Shown here: piece after piece, positions 40,510 to 49,067 of the stretch
How positions within the stretch are numbered: position 1 is the stretch's first letter
Layout: each line of letters begins with the position of its first letter
Assembly (NCBI GenBank): GCA_015711795.1
Contig: JACVJC010000002.1
Location: forward strand, 35,649 to 99,648
Direction: 5' to 3'
Length of the DNA stretch: 64,000 nucleotides
Source of the DNA: Candidatus Geothermocultor quzhuomuensis
GTDB lineage: Bacteria; Actinomycetota; Aquicultoria; Geothermocultorales; Geothermocultoraceae
The notes under the pieces: model-generated
What the model saw: the letters and a program-made list of their open reading frames with translations, nothing else
Told to the model about the DNA's origin: nothing
Database searches by the model: none
Made by a program: the position numbers and the translations under genes

Positions 40510-41265
40510 ATGAAAATATATGTTGGATGCTGTGGTATACCTCAAGGACTCTCAAAGTATTCTCAGGTTTTAAAAGTTGTTGAAATAAACTCTACTTTTT
40601 ACAAGCTACCTCAGCTCAAAACAGTTCAAAAATGGAGGGAAATGGTACCAAAAGACTTCATTTTTACAATTAAAGCTTATCAAGGAATAACTCACCCCAT
40701 TACTTCGCCAACTTGGAGGAAAAGCGGGATTAGGGAGCTTGAGAAGTTAAAGGATAAAGTAGGTTTTTTAAAGCCAACCAATGAAGTTTTTCAATTTTGG
40801 AGTGAAACCTTAAAAATCTCTACAACTTTAAATTCTCCTATTTGCTTAATCCAACTACCAGCCAGTTTTAAGGAAAGTAAAGAAAACATAGAAAACGCTG
40901 GAGAATTTTTCTCTGCAATCGAGAGGAGAAAAGTTTCTATTGCTTTAGAGTTAAGAGGATGGAGTCAAGAAAGATTTAGAGAAATTTGTCAAAAATTTGA
41001 TTTAATTAGTTGCACCGACCTTTTTGAGTCTGAGCCTCTTTGGTTTTCGGAAAGAGAAATTGGTTATTTTAGGCTGCACGGGAGTTATGAAAAGGGAAGA
41101 ATTAATTACAATTACAAATATACTCAAAAGGAATTAAAATGGCTGATTCGTAAAATTGAAAGTTTACAAAAATTAAAAGAGGTTTACTGCTTTTTTAATA
41201 ACTTTTGGATGTGGGAAGATGCAATTCAGCTTCAAAATCTTTTAAAAATGGAAGGGTATGAGTAA
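40510..41265 (+). CDS. DUF72 family protein
   Basis: IYVGCCG, VEINSTFY, QLPASF, YFRLHG, YCFFNN. Confidence 0.88.
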   Translation: MKIYVGCCGIPQGLSKYSQVLKVVEINSTFYKLPQLKTVQKWREMVPKDFIFTIKAYQGITHPITSPTWRKSGIRELEKLKDKVGFLKPTNEVFQFWSETLKISTTLNSPICLIQLPASFKESKENIENAGEFFSAIERRKVSIALELRGWSQERFREICQKFDLISCTDLFESEPLWFSEREIGYFRLHGSYEKGRINYNYKYTQKELKWLIRKIESLQKLKEVYCFFNNFWMWEDAIQLQNLLKMEGYE

Positions 41266-41354
41266 TTTATATTGGAGTGTTACTAACTTATCTAAGGTTT
41301 ACATTTAATAACTAGAGTTACAATTTACTTTCTAAAATTATCCTTCAGGCATAC

Positions 41355-41368
41355 TTATTATATAATAA
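41355..41368. promoter_or_regulatory. AT-rich palindrome, possible Fur/PerR-family operator
   Basis: Perfect 14-bp palindrome TTATTATATAATAA overlapping a TATAAT, upstream of an oxidative-stress operon. Confidence 0.35.
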
Positions 41369-41406
41369 AGAAGTGACAACCTCCATAAGAGTGAAGATTT
41401 AAAGGG

Positions 41407-41577
41407 GTGAAAAAAATAGCTAAATATCGTTGTACTGTTTGCGATTATATCTATGACCCTGAGCTTGGTGACCCGGATTCAGGGATAAAACCAGGAACAC
41501 CATTTGAAGATTTGCCAGATGATTGGGTTTGTCCAATCTGTGGTGTTGATAAGAATATGTTTGAAAGGGAAAGTTAA
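41407..41577 (+). CDS. Rubredoxin (not in ORF track; start GTG 41407 or ATA 41416)
   Basis: [41 protein letters not shown]. Confidence 0.95.
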   Translation: MKKIAKYRCTVCDYIYDPELGDPDSGIKPGTPFEDLPDDWVCPICGVDKNMFERES

Positions 41578-41579
41578 GA

Positions 41580-42752
41580 GTGGGAGTTAGAGAAATAAAA
41601 CCACGAATTTATTCAGTTGCTCTTATGGACTGGGATCGGAGATTATTTGATGGGCTTATACCTCTTCCAAATGGAACAAGTTACAACTCTTACTTGATAA
41701 AAGGGAGTCAAAGAAATGTTCTAATTGATACTGTTGACTTATCTAAAGGTCAAGAATTTATCGATATACTTAAGAAGCAAGGAATCAATCGGATTGATTA
41801 TGTTATTGCTAACCATGCTGAACAAGACCATTCTGGTGCTTTATCTCTTGTGCTTGAAGTTTACCCCAACGCTAAAGTAATAACTAATTCGAAATGCCAA
41901 GACATGCTGATGAATTTGCTTTTAATCCCTGAGAGTAAGTTTTTTACAGTCAAAGATGAAGGAACTATTTCTTTAGGAGATAAAACATTAGAGTTTATTT
42001 TAACACCATGGGTTCACTGGCCTGAGACAATGTTGACTTACCTAAAAGAAGATAAAATCCTCTTTACTTGTGATTTGTTCGGCTCCCATCTGGCAACTAG
42101 TTATCTCTGGGTAAGCGATGAAACAAAAGCTTATCAATCTGCCAAGCGTTATTATGCTGAGATAATGATGCCATTTAGGAAAAGCATTAAAAAGCATCTC
42201 GAGAGGATTGAGGGATTGGATATTGAGATAATTGCTCCAAGTCATGGCCCTATTTACAACAAACCTCGTTTTATTCTCGATGCTTACAAAGATTGGGTTT
42301 CCGACGAAGTAAGAAGTGAGGTAGTTATATCTTATATTTCAATGCATGGTAGCACTGAGAAAATGGTAAAATACTTAGTTGATGCTTTAATTACAAGGGG
42401 CTTTATTGTAAAACCGTTTAATTTAACCCAAACCGATGTTGGGGAATTAGCGATGGCATTGGTTGATGCCTCGACGATAATAATTGCTTCGCCTACGGTT
42501 CTAGTCGGACCCCATCCCCTTGTTTTTTATATAACTTATCTTGTTAATGCTTTAAAGCCAAAATTAAAATTCGCTTCTATCATTGGCTCCTATGGGTGGG
42601 GTGGTAAGATGGCGGAGCAAATTATTGGTCTGTTAAACAATTTAAAATTAGAGATTATTGAGCCAGTTATTGTTAGGGGGTATCCGAAAGGTGAAGACTT
42701 AAAAGCATTGGATAGATTAGCTGATGAAATTCAAAATAAACATGGGGGCTAA
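41580..42752 (+). CDS. fprA: Flavodiiron protein (FprA, O2/NO reductase)
   Basis: GTSYNSYL, NHAEQDHSG, HWPET, TCDLFG, PSHG, flavodoxin SMHGST and GSYGWGG. Confidence 0.93.
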   Translation: MGVREIKPRIYSVALMDWDRRLFDGLIPLPNGTSYNSYLIKGSQRNVLIDTVDLSKGQEFIDILKKQGINRIDYVIANHAEQDHSGALSLVLEVYPNAKVITNSKCQDMLMNLLLIPESKFFTVKDEGTISLGDKTLEFILTPWVHWPETMLTYLKEDKILFTCDLFGSHLATSYLWVSDETKAYQSAKRYYAEIMMPFRKSIKKHLERIEGLDIEIIAPSHGPIYNKPRFILDAYKDWVSDEVRSEVVISYISMHGSTEKMVKYLVDALITRGFIVKPFNLTQTDVGELAMALVDASTIIIASPTVLVGPHPLVFYITYLVNALKPKLKFASIIGSYGWGGKMAEQIIGLLNNLKLEIIEPVIVRGYPKGEDLKALDRLADEIQNKHGG

Positions 42753-42780
42753 ATCCTTTTTAGAAGGGAGGTTGAATTAA

Positions 42781-43155
42781 ATGGCTGAAAGATTACAAGT
42801 TTATAAATGTGAAGTTTGTGGACATGTTATTGAAGTCTTACATAGTGGCAAAGGGCAACTGGTTTGTTGTAATCAGCCAATGAAACTTATGGTAGAAAAC
42901 ACAGTCGAAGCTTCTTTTGAAAAACATGTACCAGTTATTGAAAGGACTGCGGATAGCATTAGAGTAAGAGTAGGAAGCATTCCTCACCCCATGGAGGAAG
43001 CTCACTATATTGAGTGGATTGAGTTAATCGCTGATGGGAATACTTATCACTGCTTTCTTAAGCCAGGTGATGTACCTGAGGCTATCTCGCAAGTAGAAGG
43101 AGAAAAGACAATGGCACGGGCTTATTGTAACCTCCATGGCTTGTGGAAGAGCTAG
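42781..43155 (+). CDS. dfx: Desulfoferrodoxin (2Fe superoxide reductase)
   Basis: YKCEVCG...[26 protein letters not shown]. Confidence 0.95.
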   Translation: MAERLQVYKCEVCGHVIEVLHSGKGQLVCCNQPMKLMVENTVEASFEKHVPVIERTADSIRVRVGSIPHPMEEAHYIEWIELIADGNTYHCFLKPGDVPEAISQVEGEKTMARAYCNLHGLWKS

Positions 43156-43501
43156 AGATTTACTGTGATTAACAATAAAGTTCAAAGATTCAATTGAGAG
43201 GTTATAAGCACTCGACCTTGAACTTGGGAAGCGAATGTTTAATCTACCCAAAGTGTCCGAAAAGAGTTAAAAGCTTGGTTTTCCCCCTTGAAATCTCATC
43301 ATGACCAAGTAAATTTCCTCCAACCCAAAACTCAAAAAGGATTTAATAAATTAAGCAAACAGCTATTTAATTGTTAAAGTCACAATCCATCTCAAAATTA
43401 TTTTAGCCGAAACAAATCCTTGAAAAGATATTTCAAAGAGGAGTAGAATTAACCACAATCAAAACCTTTCTTAACTTATAATTCCGTTAGAGGAGAAGGA
43501 A

Positions 43502-44218
43502 TTGGAGTTTGACTTTAAATTGTTGGAGGAATTACAAGATTTAGACTTAAAGATTGAAAAGATGGAAGAAGAGAAGTCAAACCTTCTTGAATTCAGTGAA
43601 GTTAAGGAATTAGAAAAAGAACTCCGTCACCTTAAAACTCTTTTTGAAGAAAAGGGAAATCAGCATGGTAAGGAAAATCTCAAATTAAAAAAGTTGGAGG
43701 GAGAGTTAGATTTACTGGAGATAAAGATTCAAAAAGAAGAAAAAAGACTTTACAATGGGACAGTGTCAAACCCTAAAGAACTATCTTCTTTGGAGGGAGA
43801 AGTAAAGTTACTCAAAGCCAAGAAAGATTTTATGGAGACAGAACTTTTGATTCAAATGGATAAGGTAGATGCTCTTACCAAAGAGCAAAATGACCTTTCT
43901 TTAAAGGTGAGTGAGTACACCCAAAAAATCAAGGAAATGGAAGAAGAGCTTAAGAGAAAATTAGAAGAGGTTGAAAAGAGCCTAAATGCCTTTAAGGGTT
44001 CAAAATCTGAAATTACCCCGAAAATTCCTGATGAAATTTTAAAAGCTTATAACAACTTAAGAGGGAAAAAGAGCGGGCGAGTGGTGGTTGATTTAGAAGA
44101 TGGTGTTTGCCAAGGATGTTTTATGGCTTTGCCCGCTGAAAAAGTTGACAAAATGATTTTACAGAAAGAGAAACTTTGGTTTTGCCCCCACTGCCAGAGA
44201 ATTTTAATTGTAAAGTGA
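43502..44218 (+). CDS. Coiled-coil protein with C4-type zinc ribbon
   Basis: LQDLDLKI, SNPKELSSL, CQGC...CPHCQRIL. Confidence 0.88.
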   Translation: MEFDFKLLEELQDLDLKIEKMEEEKSNLLEFSEVKELEKELRHLKTLFEEKGNQHGKENLKLKKLEGELDLLEIKIQKEEKRLYNGTVSNPKELSSLEGEVKLLKAKKDFMETELLIQMDKVDALTKEQNDLSLKVSEYTQKIKEMEEELKRKLEEVEKSLNAFKGSKSEITPKIPDEILKAYNNLRGKKSGRVVVDLEDGVCQGCFMALPAEKVDKMILQKEKLWFCPHCQRILIVK

Positions 44219-44219
44219 A

Positions 44220-45023
44220 ATGGAAAATAAAAGTAGAGATGTTCTTTTTCTTTATATTGATGGAGCTGCTCGGGGAAATCCAGGACCAGCTGGCATTGGC
44301 TTAGTTTTATTTGATGAGGAAGAGAGAGAAATTGAAAGTTATAATGAATTTATTGGAGTGAAAACTAATAATTTTGCAGAATATACTGCTTTAAAGATTG
44401 GTCTTGAAAAAGCTAAAAAATATAAGCCTTTAAAACTCACTATTTTTTCCGACAGCGAGCTTTTAGTCTCCCATTTAACGGGAAAATACAAGGTTAGAAG
44501 TTCTAACTTGTTAAAAATTTTTCAGGAGGTCAAGGAAAAGATAAAGGACTTCAATCAAGTTAAAATTAAAAATATTTCCCGTGAAGAAAACTTTCGAGCT
44601 GATAAATTAGCTAATCAGGCTATCGATAATCATTTAAATCGCAATGAAAAGGAAGGAATATTTGAGCTAACTGTTAAAAGTCATTTTGACGCAGCTCATT
44701 TTTTGAGAGGTTATCCTGGTGAGTGTTCTAAGCTACATGGTCATACCTGGGAAGTAGAGGTAACAATTGGTGGAAGGAAACTTAATGAGATTGAGATTTT
44801 ATATGATTTTCGAGATTTAAAGCAAGAATTAAAAAAGTTATTAAATAAGTTTGACCATAAATACTTAAACGAAATTCCCCCTTTTGATAATATTTCTCCA
44901 ACTGGTGAAAATCTAGCTCGCCAACTCTTTTATGAAATTGAGGCTCTTTTGCCGTCAGGGATTTTTTTAAAAGAAGTGAGTGTTTGGGAATCCCCTGAAG
45001 CAAAGGTTACTTACCATCGCTAA
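44220..45023 (+). CDS. Fusion of ribonuclease HI and 6-carboxytetrahydropterin synthase (QueD)
   Basis: N-part YIDGAARGNPGPAG, TNNFAEY, SDSELL, NFRADKLANQA; C-part FDAAH, CSKLHGHTW, DHKYLN, PTGENLA, VWES; one continuous frame. Confidence 0.9.
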   Translation: MENKSRDVLFLYIDGAARGNPGPAGIGLVLFDEEEREIESYNEFIGVKTNNFAEYTALKIGLEKAKKYKPLKLTIFSDSELLVSHLTGKYKVRSSNLLKIFQEVKEKIKDFNQVKIKNISREENFRADKLANQAIDNHLNRNEKEGIFELTVKSHFDAAHFLRGYPGECSKLHGHTWEVEVTIGGRKLNEIEILYDFRDLKQELKKLLNKFDHKYLNEIPPFDNISPTGENLARQLFYEIEALLPSGIFLKEVSVWESPEAKVTYHR

Positions 45024-45135
45024 CCCAACAGCTAAACAGCACTCTGTTTAGTTACTTTGTTAGTCTGCTTGCTTGTTCGCCTAACGGCTGGTTAGCTGCT
45101 GGCTTGTTGGTTGGTCAGCCTATAGCTGAAGGAAG

Positions 45136-45315
45136 TGAGCCCCAAGTAGATTGGTAATTCTTACTTACTTAACAGTTTCCATTTCGTGCTCTTCAAATTA
45201 AGGTTTTGCTCACCCCCCCGCGTTCGGGTGAGGAAACGCGGACAAAAACCTATTAGATTTTCAGAGCCGCTTCTGGTACCTGTTAAGGGTAAGAGCCAAT
45301 ACTTCTTGGGGCTCA
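45136..45315 (-). ncRNA. Putative 6S RNA-like rod-shaped RNA (180 nt)
   Basis: Ends pair (TGAGCCCCAAG/CTTGGGGCTCA); nested helices ATTGG/CCAAT, TCTTAC/GTAAGA, CTTAACAG/CTGTTAAG; 12x12-nt bubble; GCTCT/AGAGC and AGGTTTT/AAAACCT; own promoter. Confidence 0.7.
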
Positions 45316-45320
45316 AACCA

Positions 45321-45349
45321 ATCTTAAATATTGACTCCAAAGTTGTCAA
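45321..45349 (-). promoter_or_regulatory. Sigma70-type promoter of the 6S-like RNA
   Basis: Minus strand TTGACA, 17-nt spacer, TAAGAT; the rod begins 6 nt after the -10. Confidence 0.75.
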
Positions 45350-45393
45350 GGATTTTTTTAATAAAAATTTTTAATAGTTAGTTTAGTTAAAGC

Positions 45394-45528
45394 TTAATAA
45401 AAACGGGTAATTACTAGAACGAAGATAAAAAAAACAATAGTTATAATAGTAGCAATGATAAGACTTTGCCAGACTACTGGATCTTCTTTACGAACAAAAT
45501 TTCTAACTACTTCAATAAACTTTTCCAT
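45394..45528 (-). CDS. Small single-pass membrane protein (44 aa; not in ORF track)
   Basis: MEKFIEVVRNFVRKEDPVVWQSLIIATIITIVFFIFVLVITRFY; AAAGGA close upstream; promoter about 130 nt upstream. Confidence 0.55.
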   Translation of the reverse strand: MEKFIEVVRNFVRKEDPVVWQSLIIATIITIVFFIFVLVITRFY

Positions 45529-45576
45529 TTTCCTTTAAATATTCCTTTTTGGGAGACTCTTTAAAACCTTTATTAA

Positions 45577-45684
45577 GCCCCCAGTGGGTTCTCGCCACGC
45601 AATCTGGCTATCAACCATGGGGGAGGGAAAGAACCCTCCAATGGAGGGCAAACTAATCGTATCGGTTATTAAATTAAGTGTCAA
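45577..45684 (-). promoter_or_regulatory. Promoter plus structured GC-rich leader or sRNA
   Basis: Minus strand TTGACA (45684-79), 17 nt, TACGAT; then hairpin GCCCTCCATTGGAGGGT, linker TCTTTCCCT and a second stem CCCCCA.../...TGGGGG. Confidence 0.55.
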
Positions 45685-45781
45685 CCAATCTGAAGTGAAG
45701 CTTTAAAAAATTTTCATTTTGTCTTTGACCTTCAATTTTGTTAAAATAAGATTACTTTCTTTAAAATTTTTGGTGAGCAAA

Positions 45782-46141
45782 ATGCTTCATATTGACTTTA
45801 TCTCTTTTGGTAAGGTAGTAGTGAGTGGTCAATCATTCAAGGACATCTTGATAATTGAGGAGCAGGTAATTCCAAGGAACAAAGGGACTCTTAAGGCTAT
45901 TTATGGAACAAGCCATTTGATTAGAAAAGAAGAAGTGGAAACACTTCTTAAAGGGAAACCTGAGGCAATTGTTATTGGAACTGGCTTTGCTGGAATGGTT
46001 AGGGTGGATAAAGATTTGATAAAAAAACTTGAAAAGAAAGGAAGTAAAGTTTACGCTCTTAATTCCCGAGATGCAGTTAATAAGTTTAATGAGCTTGCTG
46101 GTAAGAAGAGGGTAAATGCTTTAATCCATACTACCTGTTAA
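45782..46141 (+). CDS. Mth938/DUF498-like protein
   Basis: SFGKVVV, GTSHLI, PEAIVIGTG, NALIHTTC; start moved to ATG 45782. Confidence 0.8.
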   Translation: MLHIDFISFGKVVVSGQSFKDILIIEEQVIPRNKGTLKAIYGTSHLIRKEEVETLLKGKPEAIVIGTGFAGMVRVDKDLIKKLEKKGSKVYALNSRDAVNKFNELAGKKRVNALIHTTC

Positions 46142-46153
46142 ATAAGTTAAACT

Positions 46154-47194
46154 GTGATTTCTCCAACTTACAATTTACCAACTATTAAGGAAGCGCTTCT
46201 CTACCGAAAGTTAAAAAAAGGAAAAGTTAAATGCGGTCTTTGCGAGAGAAAGTGTACTGTCTTTCCAGGCAAAAATGGGTTTTGTCAAGTCAGAGTAAAT
46301 CTTAATGGAACTTATTACACTTTAGTTTATGGTAATATTGCAGCTCTTGAGAGCCGACCAATTGAAATTAAACCATTTTTCCATTTTTATCCTGGTACAA
46401 CTGCTTTAACTTTTTCAACATGGTCCTGTAATTTTAACTGCCCATGGTGTCAAAATTATACTCTTTCAAAGAGAAAGCTGGAATTAACTAGAGGTAATTA
46501 TATTTCCCCAGAAGAAATAGTTAAGACAGCTCTTAATCATCAAGATGAAGGAATTTGTCTTAGTTTTACCGAGCCGACTTTACTCTTTGAATACGCATTA
46601 GATGTTTTTCCCCTCGCTCAAAGGAATAATCTTTACAACTGCATTGTTTCTAATGGCTACATGTCGTTAAAAGCTCTTTATTCTTTAAAGGAAGCGGGTC
46701 TGGATGGGATAAAAATTGATTTAAAAGGAGACGAAAAATTTTATCGGCAATTTGGCTTGGAAGCGCAAGTTGTTTTAAGAAATGCTCAAAAAGCAAAGGA
46801 AATTGGTCTCCATCTTGAGATTGTTAATTTGCTCATTACAGATTTAAATGATAGCGATGATTGCATAGATTGGGTAATTGAGAATCACCTCAAATTTCTA
46901 GGCGAGGAAGTTCCTCTTCATTTTACTCGCTACTATCCTGCATACCAATATTTTGCTCCCTCAACGAGAATAGAGATTTTAGAAAAAGCTTATGAAAAAG
47001 CAAAAAAAGCTGGGGTTCTTTATCCTTACTTGGGCAATGTTCCTGGTCATAAAGGGGAGAATACTTATTGTCCAAGATGTGGTTTCCTTTTGATGAAAAG
47101 GTATGGGCCCAATTTGATTAAGGTTAATCTTGATGGAAAAAGCTGTCCCAAATGCCATTTTAAGATTTCAATAGTTTTAAAGAGTAAGGATTGA
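46154..47194 (+). CDS. AmmeMemoRadiSam-type radical SAM enzyme
   Basis: CGLCERKC, GFCQVR, PIEIKPFFHF, CNFNCPWCQN, HFTRYYP, YLGNVPG, NTYCPRC. Confidence 0.85.
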   Translation: MISPTYNLPTIKEALLYRKLKKGKVKCGLCERKCTVFPGKNGFCQVRVNLNGTYYTLVYGNIAALESRPIEIKPFFHFYPGTTALTFSTWSCNFNCPWCQNYTLSKRKLELTRGNYISPEEIVKTALNHQDEGICLSFTEPTLLFEYALDVFPLAQRNNLYNCIVSNGYMSLKALYSLKEAGLDGIKIDLKGDEKFYRQFGLEAQVVLRNAQKAKEIGLHLEIVNLLITDLNDSDDCIDWVIENHLKFLGEEVPLHFTRYYPAYQYFAPSTRIEILEKAYEKAKKAGVLYPYLGNVPGHKGENTYCPRCGFLLMKRYGPNLIKVNLDGKSCPKCHFKISIVLKSKD

Positions 47195-47530
47195 AGAGGT
47201 ACAGAAAATTTGAAGCTCGAAGCACCTGTCGGCCAATGTCAATGGTGTTAAGAGTTTACAAGTGGTATTGTTAAGGTAATCAGCTATTGGCTTTGATTGA
47301 AGAGTATAGGGCAGATTAGCTCTGACAGGAGGGCGAAATTTGAAACAAAATATTAAATTAAATGACTCAAAATTTTAAATATTTTTCCTTAAAATTGGAA
47401 AATTAAAAATAAATTTGTTTAGAGTTTCCAATTTCGATTTTAAGAAACCATGTTGATACGGGATTTAAAGCAACCAGAACTTACAATTTTTTTGGAATTA
47501 TCCCTAGAATATAATTAATTTTGAGAGAAT

Positions 47531-49003
47531 ATGGCAAGAGATTTTGATGTTATTGTCATTGGGGCAGGAATTGGTGGTTTATCAGCTAGTGCTTTACTAG
47601 CTAGGCGAGGTTTTAAGGTTCTTCTTTTAGAGCAAGGAGCAAAAGCAGGTGGTTGTTGCCAAAGTTTTCAGAGAAACGGCTATCTCTTTGATGTAGGTTC
47701 TACTCTTTTTGCTGGGCTGGAAGAAGAAGGGGTATTACAAAGAATTCTTAAGGAGTTAAAGGCAAGGATTGTTTACCAGCAGGTAGATGGCAACTTTGGG
47801 ATTCTTATCGGTGATAAGAAAATAAGATTTTTTTCTCAACGAGCAAGATTTTTTGAGGAAATTAGAAGATCTTTCCCAAAAGATTATCGAGAAATTCTAG
47901 AGCCTTATCCTAAATTTGAAGAACTGGCTGATTTAGTTTGGGATATTCTCAAAAAAGAGCCAATTTTTCCTCCTCACGGAGGGTATAGAAGTTTAATCAC
48001 AAGGCATTTTAAAAAGTTGCAACCCCTTTTTATTTCTCAAAATTTGGTCGCTGGCAATCTTTTAAAAATTAAAAACCCGGAAATTAAAAGACTAGTTGAT
48101 GGCTACCTATTTTTTAATACTCAAAGAGAGACAAGCCAAAGTGCGCTTTTAAATGCTTCTCTTGTCCTAACTCAGCACTTTAAAGGGCTTTTTTCACTTA
48201 GAGGAGGCTTGCAAACTTTCGTTTTAGCTTTGGTTGAAGCTATTAAGTCTAATGGGGGAAAAATTAGTTATCAAACGAGAGTCGATAAAATTTTACTTAA
48301 AAAAGGAGAAGCTTTTGGAGTGAGACTAGCTAATGGAGAGGTAATTTCATCTTGGTCGATTATAAGTGACGCCACCATTTGGAATACATTTGAAAAACTT
48401 TTAGATGAAGAAGAGGTAAATAAAAGAATAAGAAAGAAGCTAAGGCAAATACCTCAACCTTGGGGAGTTTTTTGTCTTTATTTAGGATTGAGCGAGAAGG
48501 CAATTCCTCCAAAACTGATGGACTTCAATCAAATTCACTTATCTAAAAATTCTTCTCATTGGGAAGGAAATACTTTGTTTATTTCTCTTTCTCCATTAGA
48601 TGATTTTACTAGAGCGCCCCAAGGAAAAAGAGCGGTAACTGTTACTCAGCTTACTTTTTTAGATAGCTGGGCTCGGGATTCAACTTATCACCAGATGAAG
48701 GAAGACTATATTAAAAGAACTATTCGGTTATTGGAAGGAATTTTTTTCGATTTTAAAAGAAATATCGATTTTTTGGATGCAGCTACTCCTTGCACTTTTG
48801 AAAATCATACTTTAAGACCAAAAGGAGCTATCTGGGGTATCCCTCAGGTTCCACAATTTTCTGGCTTGAGAGGATTTCCTATTAAAACGGAGATTAAAAA
48901 TCTTTTAATGGTTGGGGACTCAGTCTTTGTCGGCAAAGGAGTAGCTACTAGCGCTTTATCAGGCTATTACGCAGCTAATTTATTGACTGACTATTTTATT
49001 TAA
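47531..49003 (+). CDS. Phytoene desaturase/carotenoid isomerase-family FAD oxidoreductase
   Basis: VIGAGIGGL, GGCCQSFQRNGYLFDVG, GGLQ, ATPCTF, GDSVFVGKG. Confidence 0.8.
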   Translation: MARDFDVIVIGAGIGGLSASALLARRGFKVLLLEQGAKAGGCCQSFQRNGYLFDVGSTLFAGLEEEGVLQRILKELKARIVYQQVDGNFGILIGDKKIRFFSQRARFFEEIRRSFPKDYREILEPYPKFEELADLVWDILKKEPIFPPHGGYRSLITRHFKKLQPLFISQNLVAGNLLKIKNPEIKRLVDGYLFFNTQRETSQSALLNASLVLTQHFKGLFSLRGGLQTFVLALVEAIKSNGGKISYQTRVDKILLKKGEAFGVRLANGEVISSWSIISDATIWNTFEKLLDEEEVNKRIRKKLRQIPQPWGVFCLYLGLSEKAIPPKLMDFNQIHLSKNSSHWEGNTLFISLSPLDDFTRAPQGKRAVTVTQLTFLDSWARDSTYHQMKEDYIKRTIRLLEGIFFDFKRNIDFLDAATPCTFENHTLRPKGAIWGIPQVPQFSGLRGFPIKTEIKNLLMVGDSVFVGKGVATSALSGYYAANLLTDYFI

Positions 49004-49067
49004 AAAAAATTCCCAATTTTAATTTCAAATGGTATAATTTTCTAAATCTATAAGATAAGGTTTAAAT

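Noticed and set aside
43156-43500. Possible ncRNA in the dfx to zinc-ribbon spacer
   Set aside because: Only a weak AGTTCAA/TTGAACT pairing; no clear promoter-terminator unit.
45161-45374. Two 62-aa ORFs on opposite strands
   Set aside because: They overlap the self-complementary rod RNA and have no RBS or protein motifs.
47531-49003. Carotenoid biosynthesis cluster
   Set aside because: A single desaturase-family gene with no crtB or crtE nearby; the substrate cannot be assigned.
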